Positions 8,976 to 18,526 of a stretch of DNA of 64,000 nt are shown piece by piece. The stretch's first letter is position 1. Each line of letters starts with the position of its first letter. The stretch comes from Candidatus Uhrbacteria bacterium (GTDB lineage Bacteria; Patescibacteriota; Patescibacteriia; UBA9934), in NCBI GenBank assembly GCA_018664485.1, contig JABJOE010000007.1, positions 68,353-132,352 on the forward strand, written 5' to 3'. The notes beneath the pieces are model-generated. The model saw nothing but the letters and a program-made list of their open reading frames with translations, did no database searches and had not been told where the DNA came from. Position numbers and translations under genes: made by a program.

Positions 8976-10925
8976 CTAAAATTTCACCTGTGAGTTCAGT
9001 GTAACGATCGCCTTCAATTCAGCAGGGCTTAAAGTCTCCTCCCCTTGATTTCGCAATTTAGCCGCAACTTCTGCAACAGAACTACCACTATGCAACCCCT
9101 CCTGTACCATCGATAAGTACAGCTGATTAATCGGACTTGATCGCCACGCAGCGATACCTGCAATGCGCTCTTCGTAATCCGTTTCTTCAAGCAATGAAAG
9201 TGTGTCAGCGACTTTTCTTGCAGACCCGTCTGGATCCGATGCCAACCTACGGAAATCAGAAACCTTCATAGTCCCTAATTCTTCCACAGGACCAATAAGT
9301 GTTGGTATATATTTTACATCCGTTACTTTTTGACGCTCTTTTGGTGCCGCTTTCGGTGGAGCAGAGGCAGTACTCAGCTTAACTTTCGCTTTTGACGGGC
9401 GATCCTTAGCTCGTGCCTCTCGCTCAGATCCCACATCAACCTTTTCGTGTTGAGCGCTAAGCTCCTCGTCTTTTGTTCGTGCAGCACTCACTCGAGCGCC
9501 AGGAAGTACCGGTTTTATAGACTCTTTGGATGGACTCTTTGTCAGCGCCGCATACCGACGATCCATTATATTTCCACCAGCCTTCTTTGGAACTTGCCCA
9601 ACTTTCACAACCTGCTTAACTTTTTTGTGCGACAATTCCCACTCCTGCCTTATAAGAGCGAGTGATTTAATAGCAGTTTGAGCCGTCTTCCCGTCGAACC
9701 CGTGAAGCTCTTTTAACTGCTGGAACAAACGATCTGGCCCCAGTCTTCCCTTCATGACAGCTTCCGCATAAGAAGCAGCCTTTTTCTTCGTAAGTTTCTT
9801 GCCAGTTGCATGTTCGAGTAAAACACCAGCCGCTTTCTCAATTTCTTTTGAAATAGATTTTGCACTCACAACTGGAGTAGATTTTTCGAGCTTGCGCTTA
9901 TGCTCTTCGATCTCCTGCTTTTCTTTATGATCAATAAGTTCGCCAGCTATGACAGGGACTTCTTTTGTAAGTGCAGTCGTCGTTAAAATTGCCGGTGGGG
10001 CCGCTTTTGAAACAGCTACCTCAACGGATTTTTCAGATGTTACCCCAGGCTCTGGCTTCGGTTGCCGCTTTTTGTAGGTGATCTTTACTTCGGGTTTTTT
10101 CTTTTCGATTTTTGGTTCTTTTGGGACTTCTTGCACGATCGGCCTTGGTTCCGGCTTAGGTTCCGGCTTAGGTTCCGGCTTAGGTTCCAGCTTAGGTTCC
10201 AGCTTAGGTTCCGGTAATGATATTACCTCAGGCGTAACAGGCTTTTCCTCGATCTTTTTTCCACCATCTGCTTTGGTAGGTTCTGGCAAGTCAATAACAT
10301 CTTCTTTAGCGCTCATTTCACCTTTGTAATCTTCCGCAGCCGTAAGATCTAATGCATCTAACCAACCCAATACCTTCGTAATATGTACATCAGCTAATCC
10401 AAGACCACCAATATTCATCGGCCGTTTCATCAATGTTACTGTCGCATCTTTACTTCGCTCTTTGCTCAAATAACCCTTTGCAAGATATACAAAACGTTTC
10501 AATAAATGTTCCGGCAAATCTAGCCCGAGTTTATCAGCCTGTGCACGCAATAATGAAACAACAGTAACTGAGTCTTCTTTGAGTCTAATCGTAGAAAAAT
10601 CAGTCACCTTCCCTCCCCAAGCAATCAGTTGTTTTTCTACCCCACCAATATAATGATCGAGTTGCAACAACCTATGTCCTGCGAGCTGAATAGATATAGC
10701 CTTAGCGTCATCTTTTGACACCCCAAAAGCCTCCTTCACAAAATCCGGCATCTTATCAATCGCAAGATGTCCATCCATTACAGCATCTAATAAATCTAAA
10801 AACTCCTCTCCACGCCCCGCTGGGAGACTGTATTTTTCCTCAAGTGTATCGAGAACGTCGTAAATCTCAATGCCCATCAAGAATTTACGGATTTTGCTAA
10901 CAGATTTTAAATTCCGTTTTACCAT
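8976..10925 (-). CDS. Hypothetical protein with PEPK repeat linker, T4SS-like cluster
   Basis: 649-aa ORF; Lys/Glu/Pro-rich middle; C-terminal LIGPVEEL..DFRRL..WRSSP domain. Confidence 0.85.
   Translation of the reverse strand: MVKRNLKSVSKIRKFLMGIEIYDVLDTLEEKYSLPAGRGEEFLDLLDAVMDGHLAIDKMPDFVKEAFGVSKDDAKAISIQLAGHRLLQLDHYIGGVEKQLIAWGGKVTDFSTIRLKEDSVTVVSLLRAQADKLGLDLPEHLLKRFVYLAKGYLSKERSKDATVTLMKRPMNIGGLGLADVHITKVLGWLDALDLTAAEDYKGEMSAKEDVIDLPEPTKADGGKKIEEKPVTPEVISLPEPKLEPKLEPKPEPKPEPKPEPRPIVQEVPKEPKIEKKKPEVKITYKKRQPKPEPGVTSEKSVEVAVSKAAPPAILTTTALTKEVPVIAGELIDHKEKQEIEEHKRKLEKSTPVVSAKSISKEIEKAAGVLLEHATGKKLTKKKAASYAEAVMKGRLGPDRLFQQLKELHGFDGKTAQTAIKSLALIRQEWELSHKKVKQVVKVGQVPKKAGGNIMDRRYAALTKSPSKESIKPVLPGARVSAARTKDEELSAQHEKVDVGSEREARAKDRPSKAKVKLSTASAPPKAAPKERQKVTDVKYIPTLIGPVEELGTMKVSDFRRLASDPDGSARKVADTLSLLEETDYEERIAGIAAWRSSPINQLYLSMVQEGLHSGSSVAEVAAKLRNQGEETLSPAELKAIVTLNSQVKF
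10147..10214. repeat. 12-bp coding tandem repeat (about 5.7 copies)
   Basis: ggttccRgctta repeated; encodes EPKL/EPKP. Confidence 0.95.
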
Positions 10926-10947
10926 GTTAAATTAATTCTACAACGTA

Positions 10948-13827
10948 TTACGGCGTAGCAGTAGGTGGAGGTGTGTTGCGATGAAGTGCCCTGAATTGAT
11001 TAAGCTTTGTAGTAAGTTGTTTTGTAGCACCACCAGCAACCTCAGCCGCAGCATGCTCACGCTCAAGTGCATCAAGAGTTGCTTTTGCAGACTTGCGAAT
11101 ACGATCCTGTAACCCTGGATCCTTATCATCCCCCGCACGGTCATACAAATCAGACATATTCCGGGCAGTTGCAGACGTAGTTTTACTCGCAATAAGCTTC
11201 GTCAAATCCGTAGATCCTTGCGTGCTATCAATATTCGCTTGGAAATTAAAGGTTTGTGTTGGTTGCTGAACGATCATCTCCCTTACAGACTTCTTCTGAT
11301 CCTCACCCTGGAATCCACCTGAACCATTAACAAAATTATTTGCTGCCCCACCTGTGACATCAGCACTGAGATATGCTTTTTGATATTGGCGTCGCTCCTC
11401 AGCAGACAAGTCAGCGTTCTGACCACCTTTCTCCAATTCATCCATGATTTTATTATAAGCCGCCGGATTAGTAGCCTGCATACCCTCAAGGCCACCAAGG
11501 TCTGTTCCTGCCTTCATCATCGCCTTTGCCATCGATTGGATCTTCTTGTCATCCAGCTCACTAACTCCGGCAGTGTTATTGGTACTGAGATGATCAACTG
11601 TTAGATCGGAAATCTTCAACTTCTCGTTCTTAAGGGCCTGTGCAATACGTGAAGGATTCTCAATACCTGCACCGCCGCCTGTACCACGATATAGTTCATC
11701 AAACTTAGCGCCTTCACCACTCGCAGCATTCTTAACTTTAGTACCAACACCGCCTTTTCCGAGCGCGGCTTGATCAAGCGCACTCTCTCTAACAATATTA
11801 TTGTCTTTGTCACGAAATTCACGCATCGTCTTTGCAGATAACGCCTCCAACACATGCTCACTTTCCATATCCTCCTCACTGAGCATACTGATCTTAAAGT
11901 CGTCTCCCATCTCATTAAGGAACTCTGTGATGGCCTGAGTTTCATTACCTGCAGCGGCACCGGCTGCGACACCACGCAAGTTTCCTGCCTTCATCTTGTT
12001 AAGATCAGACTTCTTATCACCAAGCATCGCTTTACCGGAATCACTACCAGACCATTCGAGCACTCTACTCATCTGTTCATCATAAATTTCATTCTGTCGT
12101 TCTTTCATCCAGGCAGCCTTCTCCTTCTCATCAGCGAAATTATTATTCTTACCGGCTTCTGACTTTGCACGCTCTTCAGCAAGTCCCTTAAGCTCTTTAC
12201 GCTCCTTCCCATCTGTAGCTAAACGTGCGTAAGCACCCTCAACCTTATTACGATCTGAAGCTGCCTTTGGCATTTTCGGTCTACCATCCTCACCCATCTC
12301 AAGATCCATAACACTACCAACACGGTGTCGAGCTGTCATGCCGTCAAGTGATTCGCTTGCAGCGGCACGAGCCTCCGCCTGCATAGCATTACCCTTACCT
12401 TCAACCCATCCACCAGCTCCACGTGCAAGGTTTCCAGCTATACGACCAGAGAGACCTCCGCGTGCTTCCATCTCTCCACCAAATCCCTGTACAGCCTTTC
12501 CAAGATTGGAAAAAGTACCTTCACGTGATTCCAGTTGTCGAGCGCCCTCAATAGCAGCCATCTTTCCACCCTTAAGCGCCAAGCGCCCACCAGCCATACC
12601 GGCACGAGCGCCAAGTCGAGCGCCAGCCATACCACCACGTACACCGAGTCGGCCAGTCTTGTAAGCCAAAGACGCAGGCGCCTTAACAGCGTTCTTCACA
12701 AGAGACTTTCCAGTATTTTCGTTAATCATCTTTCCGGCAAAACCACCCATGCCTGATGCAGCGCTACTCGCAGCCTGGAAACCAGCCATAATCAAAACCA
12801 TGGCAAGGAACAAACTCAATAGCTCTTCAATCCGGAATACCTCCGCAAGCAACGATGGCACATCTTCCGTACCTTCAATTGGGAATCCTTCAGATGAAGC
12901 CAAAGACCCCTCGGCTGCGGCAGCAAGTGCAAGCCACAGAAAGAATGTCAAAATCGGCCCCAATGTGACGGCACCAATAAGCTTAGTCCACCACTCCCCC
13001 GCAGGTCCTCCGGCTCTAGGCACGATTTCTTTGATACCACTCAAAAAGAATGCCATTGGAGACATGATAAGTAGTACCCAGATTAGAACAATTCTATAAA
13101 TAAAGACGATCGCTAGCAAAACCAGCACTCCTAAAACAGCAATCATGAATACGAGCGTCGCATATGAGGTCGCAAGGTACCCAAGTCCTTCCATTGGCGC
13201 TCCTCCAGCTGAAAAGTTATTAATGGCGTCGATGTTATCGATGTTGTTTGCAAAGAATGACGTCAGCTGGAACATGTTGACGAAGTTCCCGGCAGCAATA
13301 TCACGCAAAGCGTTTACAAAGGTAAACATCACAACCTGCCCAACGTCGACGATGAGCAATGTAATAGTACGACTGAAGTTTACGGCAACGATCGCGATGA
13401 ACAACCTCGGAAGTTGCTGCTGCCAATTGGCAGATTTAGATCCAATAATCGTTTTAATCGCAATTACCAACAAAATGATAATCACGAACATGTTCACAAC
13501 GTCGCGAACCAAAGGCCAACCGATATCAACGATGTTACTGTCAGCGAATCCGTTGTAGCCCATGATCGGAATGACAACCATTCCCAAAATCAAAACAATC
13601 AGTTTTCCAATAGCGTAACCAATGACGTTTAAAATAAGTGCTGCGAACAGAAGGAGGATGTCGAGCATCGTTCCGATCTGTGAAAGCAACATCTCTCCAA
13701 AATCTTGCGCATGCGCCGGGTGTGCAGCTGCAAACACAAACATGGCAGCAAGAGTACCAACAGTAGAAAGTCGGTTCTTTTGAAGCCATCGTGTGCAACG
13801 CTTAAAGCCGGTGCGCAAGTAGTGCAT
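10948..13827 (-). CDS. VirB6/TrbL-like polytopic membrane protein with long hydrophilic tail
   Basis: Signal-like AHA, GWPLVRDVVNM, AVNFSRTIT, multiple TM, YRIVLIWVLLIMSPMAF, Gly/Ala-rich then charged tail; start uncertain. Confidence 0.7.
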   Translation of the reverse strand: MHYLRTGFKRCTRWLQKNRLSTVGTLAAMFVFAAAHPAHAQDFGEMLLSQIGTMLDILLLFAALILNVIGYAIGKLIVLILGMVVIPIMGYNGFADSNIVDIGWPLVRDVVNMFVIIILLVIAIKTIIGSKSANWQQQLPRLFIAIVAVNFSRTITLLIVDVGQVVMFTFVNALRDIAAGNFVNMFQLTSFFANNIDNIDAINNFSAGGAPMEGLGYLATSYATLVFMIAVLGVLVLLAIVFIYRIVLIWVLLIMSPMAFFLSGIKEIVPRAGGPAGEWWTKLIGAVTLGPILTFFLWLALAAAAEGSLASSEGFPIEGTEDVPSLLAEVFRIEELLSLFLAMVLIMAGFQAASSAASGMGGFAGKMINENTGKSLVKNAVKAPASLAYKTGRLGVRGGMAGARLGARAGMAGGRLALKGGKMAAIEGARQLESREGTFSNLGKAVQGFGGEMEARGGLSGRIAGNLARGAGGWVEGKGNAMQAEARAAASESLDGMTARHRVGSVMDLEMGEDGRPKMPKAASDRNKVEGAYARLATDGKERKELKGLAEERAKSEAGKNNNFADEKEKAAWMKERQNEIYDEQMSRVLEWSGSDSGKAMLGDKKSDLNKMKAGNLRGVAAGAAAGNETQAITEFLNEMGDDFKISMLSEEDMESEHVLEALSAKTMREFRDKDNNIVRESALDQAALGKGGVGTKVKNAASGEGAKFDELYRGTGGGAGIENPSRIAQALKNEKLKISDLTVDHLSTNNTAGVSELDDKKIQSMAKAMMKAGTDLGGLEGMQATNPAAYNKIMDELEKGGQNADLSAEERRQYQKAYLSADVTGGAANNFVNGSGGFQGEDQKKSVREMIVQQPTQTFNFQANIDSTQGSTDLTKLIASKTTSATARNMSDLYDRAGDDKDPGLQDRIRKSAKATLDALEREHAAAEVAGGATKQLTTKLNQFRALHRNTPPPTATP

Positions 13828-13949
13828 ATCTATACAAAGTATAACACAGCGATCTGTAGTCGCCGTTTTTATATTCACACTCGATATACTGCTGAAAACT
13901 AAGCGCAAAGATGAGGCGCACACGAGCACGCCCCATCACGTTTTAGCCT

Positions 13950-15764
13950 CTACTCCATCGACCTGCAATCGGTATGCGAGAGCGGTGACAATTCACCAGC
14001 CTGCACCTGAAAACACAGGGCGTGACTCATGTCCTGGTTTTCGTGACAGAGCTCAGAGCTGGTAGACGATGAAAGACAGTCCTGCCAGAACATCGCCCAC
14101 TCACTTTGCGTCCTCATGTTGATGCGATACCAACCCTCATCGAAAGCGTACCAGCCAATGTCGGTATCAGTATCGTACTCAACGAGATAACTCATGTCGT
14201 ACGACCATCCACCGCTCACTCCAACGCCGGTCACGGCAACATCAGCTCCATCTACTGAATTCGAGAACGTTTCACCAATTCGCAAGCCAAGCGCTGCGCC
14301 ATCCACGTAAATCCACGTCAGACCTTCTGCGAGATCATCGGGAATAACCGGCTCCTCCTGCTCATCATCTTGTGTGCCACCAGTGTCGCCTTCGTCTTCG
14401 GACGTGTCTCCCTCCCCCTCCTCGTCGTCTTGAATACCCCCGTCTGCTGAATAGGTTCCCTCAACCGTCGGACCACCACAGGTCATGATGTCGGCACTCG
14501 ACAGGCAATAACTTCCAGAAGCGCAGTCGCCCACCCTACTCATTACCGATCGGATCGAGCCATCGTCCACTTGCATGAGCTCGCGGTCGTACAGATCCAT
14601 CAGCAGATATGTTTCCCAGTCCAAGATAGGCATTGCGATGCCATCTGCGACGAAGTACACGTCCGACTCTCCGGCCTCGGTCACAATCGTTCCGTCTCGG
14701 AAAGGTGTGAAGCTATTTACTACCGGGTAGTGCTCGAGCATATTACTGTCGCCGCTCAGATCATCGTATGTACTCGCCGTAATACCCCAGCTCTTGAGCG
14801 TGGCCTGCCAAGTACTCGTACGAACTCGCTGTGCGTATCGATTTTCGTCATCACCAGCACCGACCAACAGCCAAACCTGGCCATCGTCGTAGAGCGCCCG
14901 GATCTCCGTCGCCGTCTCCAGCATCGTTCCTGTGTCAAAGCAGCTGAGCTCCCTCTCATCAACGATCACCAGATCATCAAAAGAGAAGTTGTAGCTCCAG
15001 AACACCTCCTCATCGAGAATTTCACGTGCTTTGCCACCCTCGATGAGGTAGACGTTCGAATCGCTTGGCGTCTTTACCAATGCCCCGTTTGGATGCCACT
15101 TGGACGTACTCAGTTGCGAATCATAGATATGCCCGTCGTAGAGTCCACAGACGAAGTCTGCGACCGGGATCGTGCGAACGACCGTATTTGACCGGTCATA
15201 AGCACGGATCGACAGACCATCAATGGACGTACCTAGCGAAGCGTTTACCCACGCATCTCCCTCATGGCGACCAATATGAACATGGTCGCCGGTTGCAGCA
15301 CCAGTAGCCCCTTCAAAGCCAAGAATCTGGCCGGAAGCAACTTCTTCACCGTGCTCAATGAGTACAGCACTCAAGTGCGCGAGCAGAATGTAAGTTCCGT
15401 CACCCAAATCAATGTTGATGTGTGTACCGAAGCCATCGGTGCTTTCGTGTACATATGCCGTGCCGCCGATTGGTGCGTAAAGCAAGTCGTCAGACACATT
15501 GGGCGTGTCGAAGTCCAAATCGAACTGCGTTGAGATGTATGCGTGCGAATAGCTTTCGCCCACACCCTGCACACACTGACTCGAGTAGCCCGAAGCGAAG
15601 GGCATATTGATGGTAATCGCATCGCGGCCACCTCCAACGCCGGGACTCACAGTCGACACATCATGATACGCGCCACATCCGCCATAGGACACAACGAACA
15701 TCACCAGCGCCGTCCCCCATGCAATCGCATTGAGAACCGCCAGAACCGTTTTGATAGTCGGCAT
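13950..15764 (-). CDS. Secreted or membrane-anchored M23-family peptidase with extra domains
   Basis: HAYISTQFDLDF, APIGG, LAHL, GATG..TGDHVH; two G.LV...S.VY.(I/V)..G repeats; acidic linker; GGAG SD. Confidence 0.8.
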   Translation of the reverse strand: MPTIKTVLAVLNAIAWGTALVMFVVSYGGCGAYHDVSTVSPGVGGGRDAITINMPFASGYSSQCVQGVGESYSHAYISTQFDLDFDTPNVSDDLLYAPIGGTAYVHESTDGFGTHINIDLGDGTYILLAHLSAVLIEHGEEVASGQILGFEGATGAATGDHVHIGRHEGDAWVNASLGTSIDGLSIRAYDRSNTVVRTIPVADFVCGLYDGHIYDSQLSTSKWHPNGALVKTPSDSNVYLIEGGKAREILDEEVFWSYNFSFDDLVIVDERELSCFDTGTMLETATEIRALYDDGQVWLLVGAGDDENRYAQRVRTSTWQATLKSWGITASTYDDLSGDSNMLEHYPVVNSFTPFRDGTIVTEAGESDVYFVADGIAMPILDWETYLLMDLYDRELMQVDDGSIRSVMSRVGDCASGSYCLSSADIMTCGGPTVEGTYSADGGIQDDEEGEGDTSEDEGDTGGTQDDEQEEPVIPDDLAEGLTWIYVDGAALGLRIGETFSNSVDGADVAVTGVGVSGGWSYDMSYLVEYDTDTDIGWYAFDEGWYRINMRTQSEWAMFWQDCLSSSTSSELCHENQDMSHALCFQVQAGELSPLSHTDCRSME

Positions 15765-16423
15765 TCCGACTCCATTTGTAGAAGTACATGAGAAACGTAA
15801 TCGAAATGATCAACGGCCTCCCTTTTTGTAGGAGTCCCACAATTTGCGGGGGTAGAAAAAGTGAACGTTGAGTACTTCGATATATTGATTCGTGCGGGGC
15901 GGGCCGAAACCCACCCCAGAAGGACGAACACGAATCGTTGCGATCCTCACTCCCCATAAGGATCTATAGACTGTCACTCATCGATGACATATGTCAGGAT
16001 CTCGCGATGAGCGTTGTAACCGATGCGGTCTACACAATAACCAGGACGGCGTTTGATATGCGGCTAACAATTCTCTCTCCTCATGTTGCTACATACGTTT
16101 ACGGGCGGGCCAGTAAATTGCGTTTCGTTTTTGCAGAGGTTCCTACATCCATTTCCTCATGTACACAGACCATCTGCAATAGTTCTTTTAGTGTGTTCTG
16201 GCTGTTTGCTGTCAAAGTGATTTGGCAGCCTGTTTATTTTTGTAATGTTGAGCGCTACCGATGGTGTCATCGTTACTCGACAGCTCATGGGGACAACATT
16301 TTTGAGAAATAATCACGGCGCAAGATTTGAAATAGTTTTACAGAAACTTTTTATAAAAAAGCATCAATCCCCGCCCGAGAGTTCTCGGACGGGGTCATAC
16401 GCTTTAAATCTCACTCTACGCTA

Positions 16424-17227
16424 TCAGGGTTTGAGGTTGCTGAGGCATGCCGCCTTGCGAGCTTTTCTCGCTGCGTTTTCTTGTTCCTCTTCGTCGCGCC
16501 ATTCTCGGATAAGCTTCTCGATTCGCTCTTGGTCTGATCCGCCTTGAGCTTCGCGTACTCGGAGCTCTTCGATGTAGCTCGGCGTGAATTCCGGAGTAAA
16601 GGCGCCGCCCGGATATCTCGCACTACTATGTGCACCCGGGAATTCTTCAGAACACGGCGAGTAATCAGTGATGATCATTGCAGTCACATGCACAGGCTCT
16701 GCAAGCTCGCCCGTTCGAAGGCCGCATGGGTCACTTGGCATCATGCACTTGCGTGCAAGCATTTCCACCGAGCTACGCTCGTTGCCGGCGCTATCATAGT
16801 AGATCCAGCGATCCGGGTCATTGACCTTACCGTGAACCCAGAGAAGTCCAATCGCCATAGCTACAGCAACTACGCGAGACATCGCCTGGCCACGGCTCAC
16901 AACTACACGTCTCCATGGACGGTTCTTACTTCCCCATCCGGCTCGTTCGTATACAGCACCCTCCCACCAATTGACATCGAACAAGCCAGGCGCGATTACG
17001 GAGTCTGCCGAATCAGGATCTCCGGGTGCGTAGCGGGGATCGGTATCTGACGTACCGCTGCCTCCGCCGATTCCGAGTTCTTGTATGACCGCTCCGGCCA
17101 GTGAATCATCCTCACCTACGTCTTCGTAATCAGGCACCCTTACACGTGGAGCCCCCTCAGGCCTTGGTCGTGAAGCAGCTCTGCGCGACCGTCCTGTAAC
17201 CGTACCTCTTACTGGAAATCTACTCAT
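16424..17227 (-). CDS. Orphan single-TM protein
   Basis: GAGGAGG SD before ATG 17227; TTGACG-N17-TATCGT at 17278-17250; hairpin 16361-16396 downstream. Confidence 0.75.
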   Translation of the reverse strand: MSRFPVRGTVTGRSRRAASRPRPEGAPRVRVPDYEDVGEDDSLAGAVIQELGIGGGSGTSDTDPRYAPGDPDSADSVIAPGLFDVNWWEGAVYERAGWGSKNRPWRRVVVSRGQAMSRVVAVAMAIGLLWVHGKVNDPDRWIYYDSAGNERSSVEMLARKCMMPSDPCGLRTGELAEPVHVTAMIITDYSPCSEEFPGAHSSARYPGGAFTPEFTPSYIEELRVREAQGGSDQERIEKLIREWRDEEEQENAARKARKAACLSNLKP

Positions 17228-17621
17228 GAAGCCTCCTCTCCCCCGGCACACGATAAAATTTAAATAGTATTTCGTCAAAACAATTATGTAGTCTTGGTTG
17301 AGAGTTGGATATATTTGAAAATTTCTGTTTTAGTTGGCTAGATTTGGCGAAAAGTTATTCAGTAGTTATGCACAATCGTAAATATATGAATTAGGCCGAA
17401 ACTAGCAATAAACATGAGTTTTTGTGTAGTTTTTGAAAAATCGTTTAAACTTCGCCAATTTTGTTCATGGATGGTTGACAGATCCATTGACTTTTTGGCT
17501 AATCCATGCCATGCTATAGATAGTTTCAAGGAGTGCGTCTTGCATTTTCCTGATCCCGTTCTTTCTGAGTCCGTTAAATCGGACATGCTGTAGCTGCAAC
17601 CCCCACCCACAACTCGAGGTC

Positions 17622-18332
17622 ATGATGCGCTTCCTTAGCCTTCTCACTCTCGCTGTGGCCCTGGCGGGCTGCGGCAATTCCAACAACCCAGACGCCGACG
17701 ACGGAAATGTCGGAGGCACCGATACGGACACCACGCTCAACGGCACCGCGTACTTCACGCCTGGCGGCATCGGCATCACCGACAGCGACGGCAACGTCAA
17801 CGTCGAAAGCTGCACCTCCACGCTGTACGAAGATGACGAGACGCTCAACTACGGTCTGACCGGCGAGACTCTCGCCGTCCCTGTGGCGAGCAACGGCGAC
17901 ATCGACGTCACTGTGAAGCACGGAAGCCCCGAGCTCGTTGGCTGTGACGGTCAGTACCTCCACCCCAGTGGCGGTCAGGACTACATGGCCTTGGACACCG
18001 AGTCCACGCTCAACGACGGCGACACCGAAAACGGCGACAGCCCCATCGGCTTCACCTACTTCGAGTGGGATGGTCAGCTCGACTGCTCTTTCTCGGACGA
18101 CTTCGGCTGGGAAGACGACTGCGATGGCGTGAACGACGCCACCAACGATGCTGGTAAAACCTGTGTCGACAATCGCGGCAAGCTCTCGATCTGCAATGAC
18201 AAGATCGACTTCAGCACCGGTATGGTCAACGGCGACGGTGTTTTGACCGATGTCGAAGCGACTGAGGCTGGACTGACACTGACTTTCCAGAGCAACGGTG
18301 TGAACACTCACGTGAATTGCACGGTCCGCTAG
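17622..18332 (+). CDS. Orphan acidic lipoprotein, GC-rich
   Basis: Signal peptide with lipobox LAGC; strong C/G third-position bias; GAGG SD; TTGACT-N17-CATGCT; hairpin 18353-18391. Confidence 0.85.
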   Translation: MMRFLSLLTLAVALAGCGNSNNPDADDGNVGGTDTDTTLNGTAYFTPGGIGITDSDGNVNVESCTSTLYEDDETLNYGLTGETLAVPVASNGDIDVTVKHGSPELVGCDGQYLHPSGGQDYMALDTESTLNDGDTENGDSPIGFTYFEWDGQLDCSFSDDFGWEDDCDGVNDATNDAGKTCVDNRGKLSICNDKIDFSTGMVNGDGVLTDVEATEAGLTLTFQSNGVNTHVNCTVR

Positions 18333-18451
18333 TTCGGCCAGCGATCACCTTGGCCCCCGACATCCACCCTGTGGTGTCGGGGGTTCTGTGCGTTTAAAAA
18401 CAGTTAGAAAAGTTTTTTAGTAACTAGGTGACTAAGTCGTTGAGACGTAAA

Positions 18452-18483
18452 AAGAAAACACTGGTGTTAACCAGTGTTTTCTT
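18452..18483. terminator. Intrinsic terminator downstream of giant gene
   Basis: aagaaaacactggt-gtta-accagtgttttctt perfect inverted repeat. Confidence 0.75.
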
Positions 18484-18526
18484 GCTTAGTTACTCAATAG
18501 CTAAATTATTCAGCAGCCCTCCACCC

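Noticed and set aside
5045-13827. Integrative conjugative element or prophage
   Set aside because: No integrase, relaxase, att sites or phage genes; composition and orientation match the backbone.
17574-18311. 245-aa minus-strand ORF (also 14571-15191, 16544-17050, 50273-50842)
   Set aside because: Antisense shadows of better-supported genes that have SD, signal peptide or family motifs.
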